This document shows, piece by piece, positions 1 to 12,906 of a DNA stretch of 64,000 nucleotides. A program made the position numbers and the translations under genes. The stretch is from Asterias rubens. Lineage: Eukaryota. Under the pieces are notes generated by a model that saw only the letters and a program-made list of their open reading frames with translations, had not been told where the DNA came from and searched no databases. The DNA lies in NCBI RefSeq assembly GCF_902459465.1, contig NC_047071.1, positions 868,001 to 932,000 on the forward strand, written 5' to 3'. Position 1 is the first letter of the stretch, and each line of letters starts with the position of its first letter.

Positions 1-112
1 TCTCGAACACACTGTAGCTGCATCCTTCGCAATTCAGCTCTTAGCTGCGAGTAAGGATGATTAGCCCCCCAAACTATTATTATTATTATTAATATTATTA
101 TTATTATTATTA
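1..112 (+). mobile_element. 3' end of a retroelement with (TAT)n tail; second copy reversed at ~37235-37325
   Basis: AATTCAGCTCTTAGCTGCGAGTAAGGAT is shared with the reverse complement of 37266-37293 and is followed by a TAT microsatellite. Confidence 0.55.
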
Positions 113-3100
113 TAGATGATTTCAGAGCATCCAGTAGTGCTTTTGTTTGTAGCTTGGATTATGCCCTTCTCTTACAATATTCTGCCTTGGAGTGATAATT
201 GTTTCTATCCAATTTCAATACACGATGGAGTTTCACCTAAACGTAGACCTCATACCTGCACCTAATCAACTCAAAAGCAACAGCTCACCGGACGCTGAAA
301 GGTAATTTAAATTGACTCATTCACTTTCATTTAGTCCACAATAGAACAACTCAAGGGGGGTGTCCCTCCCCAATTACAAAAGGGAAACACTTTTCTTCCC
401 CCCCCCCTGTCATCCGTCATCCGTAGTCGGTTCTGACTACAAATAATGAGATGGCTTCAAAGGAGGTTTCCTAGGTTGTCCTTCATTTTGCCTTCACGAG
501 CGAGCGAAAAAAGAAAAAAAAATCAATTCCGACAAATCAAAATCTGATATGGTTGATTATGTTACCAGAGAGCCCTCGCTGCCGTTGTGGATCAATAAAT
601 CCTGTGTCGCTGGAGAAACTAGATACATTATTTAGTTACGGCCTATTCTGGAATGCATGTGGAAGGAGGGAAATAAAAAAAATCTTTTGCAGGCCACAGA
701 ACTAGTGGCAATTAAACTCAGATATTCACATCAATCATACTGGGGGGAAAATCAATATTGTGTAGATATAATAAGTTTCGTGTGTTGAGAGGGAAAAAGT
801 AGGTGATATTAGATATGGAGGGTATTGGTTACCAACCTGTGTAACTAATATTGCTTATCGGCGGGGAATGAAAAAGATTATATTATTTGTTAACCTCGTA
901 ATATTCTCTTTGAATTTGAAGATTCCATCATTACCTCAATATTAGACATTTGTGGTACACGGTAATGAACATTGTGTCACGGCTATAAGCGACTCATACG
1001 CTTGGTTTGTACATATTTTACTAGTTTCAGATAAACAAATGAACAAAGCACATAAAGAGGAACACAGTGATCTCTGCCTAAAGATCTCTGGCTAGTCCTA
1101 TGACTAGATTTCTTTTAAAACCCTTTTAATAAGGGTTTGTTTAGTTATAATAATAATATTAATAATTAATGATTTTATATATATATACCCCTCATCTGTC
1201 AATAAAGACACCAAAAGGCGCACCAACTTGACACTGGTTTAGAATAAACGTATTCAGTCTGGACTTGGAGGGATGTGCATGAAGATGTGTAAAATCTCTT
1301 GGGGGAGTGTTCCAAACTTGTGAAGTATCCATGCAGAATGACCTGTCTCCCCATCAACCTAGTTATAGGTTTATGAGCTTTAAAGAATTTTGTCAGCAAC
1401 ATATTTCAGCTTTCAGCTTTCACATTGCTTCCTCATCCAATGTTCATGTTGTCCAGTGCGTCACACTTTGCTAAGTTCATCCTTACTCGTCTGCCTAATA
1501 TTAACATTTAGTTGACAGAAAAATTGCTTAAAAATAAACTCTAAAATAAGGCAGTTACAAAACAATTAGTTTGGGAAAAATATTACCTACTGAAAATAAT
1601 GGGAAAATCCATGACAACAATATGCACATAATCTAAAGTTGTGATTATTAACCTCTTGTGTGTCTGGGAGCAGGACATATGATAGGGTAACTAAGAAAAA
1701 AGGCGTTAAGCAATTACTGTGCAAAATTGTGTTTCAAGAAAAATAAATGAGAAAGTTTGATTGCTTTTCTTCCTGAAGTCATTATGCTCAGGGAGTATTT
1801 TGAGTGTCTTTGGTGATTCTAGACACACACATGTAAACAGGGGATTACCAATTTGTTTAAGGAGCCTTTTTTGTTGCTTGATACCTTCTGTTGCTGTGAG
1901 AAAAAGACTTTGTGTACCTTGCAGAAGGTGGCTGAGTGTTATACCCTTTTACTTGGCACCCAGCCAACTGTGAAGAACATTCAAAAGTTAAAATGTGAAA
2001 AGCTGTACAGTGCCATTTGAGAAAAAAAAAAAAAAAAAAAAGCTTTGCTAAAGCTTCATTCCTGCATTCTCCCGATGACCAATGGAATATGCTGTCTGAA
2101 ACTTTGAGCAGCCCTCTGGTTCTTCAAATACATATACCTTCACTAAAGAGATTGAGCGCTAGGTCGGGCGACTAGGGAAATTTACTACTCGACCAGTCAC
2201 GCCTCAAATAGTCGCGACTATAAGTTTGAATTCCCAAGATGCATTGTGAAGTAATGTTTGCTGCAGGTGCAATAGTAAAATTCACACTGAAAGGATTGAA
2301 TGACTGTGTCACTGATGTCTGATTGTGTTTTTTAAGTAAATTATGTTAAATGGTGTTTGAAGCTTTGCATGGTGTGGAGAATAAGAGTAACTATAAATAT
2401 AAATATTAATAGTAAACTTGCGGGTACAACCATGAGTAAAAACTCTTTAAAGGATTTTGAAATTATGTTGTCGTATATAGTCGTGAGCGACACAATTGGT
2501 CCACCAAAAAGGAACATGTACTTATGTAGTTGCGACTATTTTTGTTATAGTCATGGCAGCACGATTAGCGGAGTAGTTGAAGATGGTAGTCCCGACTCGA
2601 CTACGTAATCGATAGTCGCGACTACATCACTAGTCGCACTAGTTACCCGGGCTCCAAAACTTACTTCAAGGTGATTTCTGTGGTGTCCATATGTGAAAGC
2701 TGCTGCCCTAGATGTAGTGAGACTGCCAACTACAGAGCTAGATTACTCAGTTGGTAAAGCAGGTTAGTCCATATATAGGTAACAGGTTCAAGTGTGCTCA
2801 AGTCAATTTGTCTTTGACCAACCTAAAGTTAATTAGATTTTACTCATTCAGTTTCCCTAGTGGTTAATTGGAAATAAATTTGCTGAACTCACGGGGAAAG
2901 TTCTGCTCTTTAAACACGGGACGCAATTTGATTTCTTATTTGTAGCTGGCCTTGAATTTATAACTTGTCTGCAATTTATTTCTAGAAGTAATATTTTTTC
3001 TGTGTTAAATATGGAATTACTGTCTATGCCTTGGATTTGTGGCTTTGGTAAATGGAGTCACCATAGTCAAATACAAACTTCAAATGGGCTTCCAGCAAAT

Positions 3101-6100
3101 TAATGCAATAAATTTTACTTTCATGTTCATGTTAAGTGTCAACATGACTTTCGATGTACACAGGTGAAATCCAATTTTGTACGCCTAATTAATTTTTGAT
3201 TATAATGTCAGTGCAAGCTGTGTTATTGCTGGAGACTTAAAAATGGACAACCAATAAACCATGTCGGAGTATAAACACTAGAAGATGACATGGTGAGATT
3301 GACACGCTGCATGAGAAATGAAGCTAGATTCCTTGATAATTACAGTCATGAATCCTGTGGATGGCAGTGGCATATTAAGAAGATGGGACAGAGAGTGAGC
3401 GTGAAGAAGTGGTACATGGGAGGGATAGCAACGAGATGCAGGGAAAAAAGTTTCTTTGACCTCCTTGCTTCAAGTTCTACTTAAAGGGTTTTGATACCTT
3501 TGTACATGTAGATGAAGTTTGTTTTTGCCTTAGACATGTTAGACATGATTCCCTGCTGGCTGTGAATGAAGATGATACATGTACACGTTATATTTACCTG
3601 TAGAAGTTTCAAGTTTTTTGGGGAAAAATAGGGAAAATCACAGAGCAACATAATTTCAGGAGAGTTGCGAAAATCCCTTCTACATGCTAAAAAAATTACT
3701 CATTTCTCGTAAACAGCATCACCTAGCTCAGCAAGTAATATTTCAAGGGAAATCTTCTTCCATCATTATCTTTAAACTGTGTTAGTTCAATGTAAATCTG
3801 TGGACGTTTGCGTTTTAAAGTGCACAAACCCTTAATTAACTGTTTAAACCACAGTTAGATGCTAAGTGTGGTGCGTCCTGTCCTGTAGACACATTTTCCC
3901 ACTGATTACCAGAAGCCCAGTTTGGGAGTCAGCTAGAACATGTTTAAAATTTGCATCTAGGGACAAGTTTGTGAACAATTCCAGATAGCAAAAACACAGA
4001 GAAATAATTTAAAAAAAGTTGAGTCACAGAAACCATTTTTAAAGGTCACAAATGGAGAGGAAAAGTCTTTATAATTTGTTGTTACCCTGCATTGATGTGT
4101 TTTGGGTGGGATCCAAAGAAAATATAATGTAACTTTAAATAAAAAAACAATTGGGAGGTAAGTTTGACAGGACTTTTCATCGGGCGATCGTACAGACTGT
4201 CTGATTTGTTTTATAAAAGCAGGCACCAAATAGACTGTGATCAGCAGTTGGAAAATGGTTTAGGCCCGAGTGCAGCGGGTCTGAGTGCAGCCACTCGTTC
4301 ACGCTGCCCCTGCGCATTTATAGCTGAATGATTCTTTTAGCAGTACACAAAAGGTGCATTTAATGAGCTGGGCGATAACGCTTTTTCTTGGTGGGCGGGT
4401 GGTCAAGAGTGCCCGGTTGGCCATGCTGTCCTATGGTTATCGGATCAGCACTAAGTCCACTCCTGAGTAGATGGGTACATGGGCGCTGGCGGAAAAAGTG
4501 CTATTCTGATTATTGATGCCTCGCCTTGCAGTGTATCTGTAAGATGTTTTTTTTCGCTCTGTTTTATGTCTGACCTGTTGTATAAATAACTCCTCATAGT
4601 GTATCTTTAATATTCATTCTCTTGTTCTCCTTTGTTGTTGCTGCCGCGTTCCAATTCTTGCACTTACTGTTGTTTTACGAGGACAGTGCTCCATTTGTTT
4701 TTGATGAGTCTGGATTGATGTTACATCGATGCTGCAGATGTCTGTCCTGATGAAACTAAGCTATCCATCGATGAGGGCAGCTGGTTACCAAATGAATAAC
4801 GCAAGTCAATAATTTTCAGCAATGAAAGGAGATAAATTTCTTGTGATTTAGTTTAGGCAACCCCAGGGACCAGTTTCACAATAAGATTAATCCTAATGGT
4901 GTGTCAATCTGAATTGCTAAGCAATGTGTAAAGTCACCATACAAATCACTTCTTCTTATCGTGTCCACACAAACTAGATATCGTGTACAACTCACTATGG
5001 TGATACAAATCACTATGGTGATACAAATCACTAAGGTGATTGACAACTTGTCTTATTGTGAAAACCAACCATGGGCCGAGTTTCATAGATCTGCTCACTG
5101 TAAGCAAATAATGGGCACTTACAGAAGCAGAGAATTCCAAGCTTTTTGTGTGTTTGTGTGTACATAAACTAGGAATTGGATAGTAATTGTCCTGTATTTT
5201 CATTTATCTTGTGTTGTGAAACCACACTTTGTTTGGCATTTAAGATTGATGAACATCTTAAGATCAATCTTAGATTTCTGTGAAATCGAGCCCAGCCTTA
5301 AGATGAGATATCATGGTGATCTTGTAGTGTGACATCACATTTTGTGCAGCTTAGCAATTAAGACTATTCACATCTTAAGATCTTGTCAATATCAGCTAAA
5401 TTGATATTGTGCAATTAAGACTGATACACATCTGAAGATCAATTAGCTTATATTGTGAGATCAAGCCCAGTCTTGGGAATCTTGTATGGGTTATATAATG
5501 ATGGCATGGTGTGACTGATTGGTCTAGAAGAGAGTTGGCCACCCGAAATTGAGCAGACTGGATTGTGGGAGTTCAAATCCCGATGGATACACATGTATCC
5601 TTGAGCAAGGCACTTTGCTTCAGTTGCTTATTTTACTTGTTATCACTCTGGAGTGAATGCGCGATACCTGTTAGGGAAGGAGTTGTTGATGTGAATGATT
5701 AGCAACCTGTGAACCATTAAGTTGCCGGTGCTGCATACTCCTAAGGAGTTGAGATGGTTTTAGCATCGCTTAGAGCTTGATAAACATGGCTGATAATAAT
5801 ATAAGAAACTTAAAGGGCCTAGTTGGCTTGAAAAAACACACAAGAGTTTCACGTTATTATTATTATTGGATGTTTAAATGATGTATGAAGGTTTTTTTCC
5901 AATCAGTGTAAAAGTGATCAAGTGGCTAATGCTTTGACACCATATTGCTTCACAGTACAAAGCAAACAAAACCGCACACTTTAATGGGGTCCCATGCGCA
6001 AGACTTGCACTGTCATTGCACTTTATAGTGTTAGTTATATTGTAATCCTACACGAGCATTTAAGATGCTGATTAACATGTAAAACACATCGGTCATGAGC

Positions 6101-6451
6101 GCTGACACTAACTGACTAAAGTGCAGTCAGGCATGTGTGTTACATAGACTAACTGCTAACGTATCCCTGGAGAAGTCAACAATATACTATTAAAGGGAAA
6201 AAGTGCAGCACTGCATCTTGTAAGAGTACATTCTCTCCATCTTCTAGTTTTCGATAACCTGACCATACAAACAACCTGTGAAAAAAATCACCAAATCTGT
6301 GTTTCATTGTTTTGAGTGACACTCTACGTACTGTCAGTGATTTTGTACACAATCATAAAGATCAGGCTTATTTTGATTTTGTCTTTGAAAATAAGCAATA
6401 GTGATTTAGGGGTCTTCAAATGCTCTTTCCTTGACAGTACATGTGTGTGAT

Positions 6452-6725
6452 GTGTCATGGCCCAGCGGTCAAGTGCACTGGAGTCAAGTTCTGGTGTTTC
6501 TGATCAGCAAAGTGAGGGTTATTTTTGACTCCCAGTCATGACACTTTTGTCTTTAAGTAGGCACTTCACCATTATTGCTTCATGTGTCCTTCTGATGAGA
6601 AGCCATAGGTCCTGTTCATTGTGTAATGCATGTAAAAAAAATAAAGCCCAGTACACTTGTCCTAAGGAGAAGGGTTGGACTGCAAAGTGCATCTCATAAC
6701 CGTTACATGGTGCTGTGTACAAAAA
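6452..6725 (+). mobile_element. tRNA-derived SINE, subfamily B, degraded. Others at ~41080-41240 and ~45300-45520
   Basis: GTGTCATGGCCCAGCGGTCAAG...CTGGTGTTTCTGATCAGC head and family body. Confidence 0.65.
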
Positions 6726-7774
6726 AGGGTTGTATATTTCTAACTTGGTAAAGAGCAATGCAGAGCTTTACATCCCCCCCCCTCTTTAATAGGCAATTTT
6801 TCACAAACAATTGTAAATCTGAGAAACAGTCATCTGAAAACACACAATGCTATGCAAGAAGGGTGTGTTTTCTTTCCATTATTTTCTTGTAACTTTGATG
6901 ACCAATTGAGGCCTCATTTTTAAAGGTATTGTATTGTATGCTGATGTTGGGATACACCATTGGATGAGAATACTGTTTACTGACTATTACCAAAATAAAG
7001 TCTACCCTGTCTTTAACTGGGCCAAGGTCTATGTAAGACTTTGTCACACCCGCAAAGAGTGACCTTTCTGTCTTAGAATTGTATGATAATAAATTGTAAT
7101 GCAGCCATCAGATCAGCATATAGTGACTCTGTTCCAAGACGGCTTTTTATTCCAGCCCGACACACATCGTGTAGGTAATAACCTTCCAATGTAAGTCGAT
7201 AATTCATATGGTCTGCTTTAGTCGATGCATCTAAAACGAATTAGGTGATCCCAGACATGGCAATGGTCCACCACAAGATCATGTGAGAGTGGTTGTGCCT
7301 TGAGGTGCAATTCCAGGTAGACTACTTAAATAGTGAATGACTGTCCCATCTTTCAGAATATGATAAGAAGACGAAGACAAGAAGACATGTGTGTGTCTAG
7401 TGCAACCCCATTTTGCTTCAACAGACAAAAATTAAGACCCTTCATTTATTTATAAAAAAATTCTGTGGGGGTTGCAAAATGTAAAGAAATAATTTTATTT
7501 AGTAAATAAATAGTAAGAAAGAAATAAAAAAAATAACTGATTCAAATAAACTACCAATTTTGGCAAACTGTCAGAGGGACAGTCATTTTGTTCCAAAAGC
7601 CAATTTGCTTATTGTGAAGGAAATACCTGAAAAAATAACAATTCATACAAATCAGGAGTGCTTTTTATCTACTTACCTGATAAAGGCTTTTGGCACTGTG
7701 AAAGAAGTAGTGCTAAGTTCTTTTTTTCTTTCTATCTTTTCAATCTTTTAAAGAAAATGTCACAGAACTATTTG

Positions 7775-7876
7775 TACCACTCCAACGATTTTGCTTTAAT
7801 ATTGCTGCTACCACTCCAACGATTTTGCTTTAATATTGCTGCTACCACTCCAACGATTTTGCTTTAATATTGCTGC
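7775..7876. repeat. Tandem repeat, 34 bp x 3 exact copies
   Basis: TACCACTCCAACGATTTTGCTTTAATATTGCTGC repeated three times with no spacer. Confidence 0.95.
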
Positions 7877-8734
7877 TGGCTAAGTATGGATAATGTACAT
7901 CTTAGCCCCACTTTCTTTACATGTCTAAAAGTTTTTACCTAGAAACGCAATCTTAGCAAAGTTGCAAAGCTGCGTCACTCTGTGCTGTTTTTCACCGATT
8001 ATTCCGAGTACCGATCAGAAATCTGATACATGCACTGCCTCGTAGCCTTTTAGAGCGGAGCATGGAATTACAGAGTAATCTTTTAAAAGGACCACAAGGT
8101 TTGATGGTTGAGGAGGAGAGCTTGTGGGAAGGTCTTTGTGTTGTCATGATTGGTTCATTGCTTGCTGTTTGGACCCGGCGAAACTCATCTTGAGGAAGAA
8201 AATAAATAAATAAACAAAGAGATCTGAATCTTAGAAGAGAGAGTGCTACATTGACATTCACCGTGATGTACACAATGTATTTGTTCTTCTAGCTTTGAAC
8301 TACTGCACTTGAAGTGGATGGTTCTTTGAGAAGATTGGTACTCTTTGAATATAATGCCAAGTTGAAAAGTTGTCTGAAAAAAAAACCTAGCCCCAGCTTG
8401 CATACCATTTTTTATGGGAAAAAGAGATCAGAAAACAAAATTACTTTGAGTACATGTATATATCTTGAATCCGCTAGAATTAGAATAATTATGAGAGGGT
8501 GGGACACATGCTCTCACAGTAACAGTTTTAAGGATGGTATAATCAATGTTGAGAAACTGTTTACTTCCAAGTACCACAGTTGTTTGCAGTTATGCAAAAA
8601 GAGATCAGTTTTTTATCCCCAACATTTTTAATCTAAGAAGCATTATTGACAGTACATGACATCTCAGATTGTGTTATTTCCATCACAGATTATTCTTCCA
8701 GCTTCGACATAACCGCTGAGAATTACGACAATAG

Positions 8735-9180
8735 AGAGGTTTCGCAAGCGTATGAATACAGATACAGATACTGATACGTCGACACTTTGTGTGTTCACTT
8801 GACGCGTATCCGCGACAATCGTATTTTGCATACACGTTAGCAATGGATACGGGAGCTCATACATGCCGTACAACAACAGATACTGTTTTGCAGACTTTTA
8901 GTTGTATTTTTGTCCAAGATCAAAAACATTTCCCATGGAATTACTTTCACTGGTATCGTGCTTGATATGGATAGAAAATGGTTAGTCATTCGCGGGCAAA
9001 ACAATGAGAAAATGCAGTGAAAAACACGGAGTCTCTATCGGTCTTTCAGAAAAACTCGCATGATGAATGCGAGCGCACTCAAGTGAAACATACCTCTAGT
9101 TTGTGAAACAAAATCCAACAAGCGGCTGACGTGATCGATTACGGTTATCATATCTGTATCCTTACGCTTGCGAAACCTCT
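8735..9180. mobile_element. MITE with ~30-bp terminal inverted repeats
   Basis: Left AGAGGTTTCGCAAGCGTATGAATACAGATA versus reverse complement of the right end AGAGGTTTCGCAAGCGTAAGGATACAGATA (2 mismatches). Confidence 0.8.
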
Positions 9181-10689
9181 ATAATATCTCGAAAAACGCT
9201 ACCACATTTTGAAATTTTCACAGGTTAGAGAATTATGGTTTATACCTACAACTATGATTGAAACAAACTGTGTGTTCAGTTTCTAAATGTCTACAACCCC
9301 TTTAAGTAAGAAGAATTATTTTGGTGATACATTTGTAGCATGCCCTTTAATATCAGCTGCCATCATCTCAGCCAATTTACACTCAGAAAAAAGAAGAAAA
9401 AAACCACATGAATAATGTACCCAAGGAAAGGAAGTGTTATATAAATGTTTTTCATTTCCTACGTCTCATGTCTGGTTGTCCTGCATCAACCCTCGTTGTG
9501 TTGGCTGGCCGGCAATCGGAGAATGAACGAGCGTCTCAAATATCGTTTTCTCTGAGTCGTGTTTCAATGCGCTTCAAAAATATTACCTTTATAAATAAGA
9601 CATGAACTTTCTTGTTACATTTATACAAAGGACAAAAATAAATTATGTATTCCATTTTTTTGATATCAAACTGGCTGATTACACTTTGAATAATGGATGA
9701 TGCTACATGTAGCCATGTGTGCATGAATAATGCATCGGTCATTGGGGAATGTTGTTTGCTGGAATAAAATTGTTTGGTTAACAAAAAAAATGGATTTTAT
9801 AATATTGTAGATTTGGAGTGTTTTCCTTGGGTTGTTAAGCTCTCCTGAAAACTGTACATTTTTCAATCGTTAAATTTTTAACATAATTTTTATTCTAATA
9901 ATGTTTCAATTTTTAGAGAAGTCTGGTCACTTAAGAAAATGTTTACATCAACCTATTAACATTGTTGTAGTCAAGGCCACAAATCCAATACCGAAACTGA
10001 AATTCATGAATCATTTCTCAACAGATTCAAATGTTGTGGGTGAAAAATTATCCAAACTAAATTACGGTGAAGGGGATCCTTTCTTAAAATAGTTTATACT
10101 ATCAACAGCTGCAGTGCTTCTTATGGTCTTTCATTTTTAGGAGTGGTAACCAAATCTGTGACCCTACTTTAAAAGTGTCCACTGGCAAAATATTCAGGCA
10201 AACCAAGGAAGAGGTTGTGGACAATGCAAAACAACATTGTTTAAAGGGCTGTAATTTTAATCTGGTGTTAATTAGAAAAATACAGTTTAGAAGTATATTC
10301 TTGCTTCCAAGTGTTGGAATGAAAGGAAAGCTCTTTCAAAGCAAAAAATTATAATTAGAGCCAAAGTTCATATAGCTGCTTAAGCTCAAATGTAATAAGT
10401 ACAAAAAAATTTTGCTTACCAGCCAAAATACCATGTCATTTGGACTTGTTTTATGCTTATCTTTGCGTAGCAGAAAACTGTTTTTTTAAGCAGCTCGATG
10501 AAGTTGTGTCCTGTTGATAGCTTTACTTCCATTTACTTTATGCATTTTCTTCTCTCAATTTTTCATTTTAATGAGTGGAGTGGCCTTGGTTATCACCAAA
10601 TATATAACTTGGTTGGCACTGATGGCCCATTTGAATAAAACATTTGAAACCCTTTCCATGAAGATTATACTCAGAGGGAGTGGCACTGA

Positions 10690-11048
10690 ATACTCAAAAT
10701 ATTTGTTAGCATAAAACCTTAGTTGGTAACGAGTAATGGGGAGAGGTTGATAGTATAAAACATTGTGAGAAACGGCTCCCTCTGAAGTGGAGTAGTTTTC
10801 GAGAAAGAAGTAATTTTCCACGAATTTGATTTAGAGACCTCAGATTTAGAATTTGAGGTCTCGAAATCAAGCATCTAAACGCACACAACTTCGTGTGACA
10901 AGGGTGTTTCTTCTTTCGTTATTATCTCGCAACTTCGACGACCGATTGAGCTCAAATTTTCACAGGTTTGTTATTTTATGCAAATGTTGAGATACACCAA
11001 GTGAGAAAACTGGTCTTTGATAATTATCCATAGTGTCCATCAGTGTCT
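10690..11048. mobile_element. Same TTAA MITE family, copy with degraded left end
   Basis: Internal sequence matches the family; right TIR and TTAA are present. Confidence 0.7.
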
Positions 11049-12906
11049 TTAATAAATAGATTATTTAAAAGTTTACTCAGCATGCTCAGTTACCCTTGTG
11101 AATTATCAATTGGTTTTTGAACAAAAAAATGTTGCATCCCCTTCAAAGGGGATCCCGCTGCTGCTGCTTCCTAGGTTGTATCAGAAACGTGGGTGTGATC
11201 CCTGGCTTTACGGTATTTACAGACTGAATGGCTTCTGACCAGCACCCATAGATATCAACAAAATAGGGAGACGAACATTTGGGCCTATAATCTCAGTTGG
11301 TAGAGCACTGGCACGTTTTTGCGGGGGTCGCAGGCTTGAATCCATCTCTTCTTAAATTTTCTTTGTGGAACGAACCCCAATAATCAGTTTCCCTTGTGGT
11401 TTATTACATGGTAATCTATAAACTGTTGTATTTTCAGTAAAGGTTGCCCTTTGCAAACCTGGATTGGCCAAACTTGTGGGAGTGAAATCTTCGGAAAATG
11501 AAAGGTCAATTTTTACGGCTGTGAATCCTGAAGTGTCTTTACATAAATCATGAGCCACAGCTCTGCAAATCTACTGCCGTGTTGAGTTACAGCTTTATAA
11601 TGAATCCAATATCAGGCCCCGCAATGAACTGGTTATTCATGATTGAGTGGTCAATTTTTCTTGGAATAGCAAAGTGGTGATGTTTAAGAGCACTATGGGG
11701 TGAATTTTCTCTCGGATTGTTGACACGAAGAACCGGTGAATGCAGTAAGAACTGAACTGAACATTGGGTTGCCCGCTTTTCTCTTTTGGTAAATAGCACC
11801 AGTCTGTACATAAGAGGTTAATATAATTTCTTATTTGCAGATTAAAAAACGGGCACGTTTCAATCCAATAAGAGGCCTTGAGTTTTCCAGATGAATTTTG
11901 ATCAGGTAGGCGTATTGATAGAAGGGTGTGTAGGAAGGTGCAAAGAAGAATTGTATTTTGAAGATTCCAATGAGTATAAAGGCAAAATCTACTGATTGCA
12001 TTCATGGAGTTTGACAACAAAAACACCAACATACCAATGTGCGTATAATATCATGAAACTTGATATTAAAATAAATAGCAAGACCAGTTCTCAAACAGCA
12101 ATATTTACAAAGCAAAGTAGATATATATATACACTGTGCTGCCACAAACGAAAAATTAATTGATACCTCACCATTCGGTGCTTCAAATTTTACATCTTGT
12201 AATATCAGTAAGGTGTTTGTCTGTAATTGAGTGCAGCAATATTGGCGAGTACTAGAGTGCTGTAATGGCTTCTTGAAACCCCAGCTAGTTCATCTTGTCT
12301 TGATATTTGTTAACTGTTGCTCAGAGATGGTTTGTGATTCAATGTTTGGCCTTGACCATAGAGTCGGCTAGACCTGATGTTTTATTTTTTTAAACTCAAC
12401 CCAATGGCTCGGATTCAACTCAATTTATCAAACTCAGACTAAACCAATGACCCAGACTCAGACTCTTACTGAACCCAATGACTAGAACTCCGACTCAGTC
12501 TCAACCCAATAACTCTGACCTAGGCCTTGGACACATGTCTGGGACATTCGTTCTCAAAAACTATGTCACTTCAGAGGGAGCTGTTTCTCACAATGTTTTA
12601 TACTATCAATTTCTCCCCATTACTTGTAATCAAGAAAGGTTTTATGCTAATAATTATTTTGAGTATTTACCAATAGTGTCCACTGCTTTACCAATAGTGT
12701 CCACCACTTCTTTCAGCTTTACACTTTATCTTTTCCTTTGGAGAGAATTTCATATCGAGCTCCAAAAATCAGGAAGATTATTTGTTTACCACTGTATTGT
12801 AGGATCCAATGCAATCAAACACTGATGCACCGTACACAGTGTTTACTCTCTAGAAGTGGGATACAATTAACTTTTTTCTTATTTATTTTCTGTCTTGTTT
12901 CCGCAG

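Noticed and set aside
11281-11345. tRNA-like sequence (also ~45690-45770 and ~63115-63185)
   Set aside because: Only degenerate A/B boxes are present and no full cloverleaf forms. These are SINE heads.
1-12906. Upstream PPCDC exons (GxTGSVA motif; ...DEW exon)
   Set aside because: Searched by eye and not found. They probably lie before the window, so the short ORFs here are treated as non-coding.
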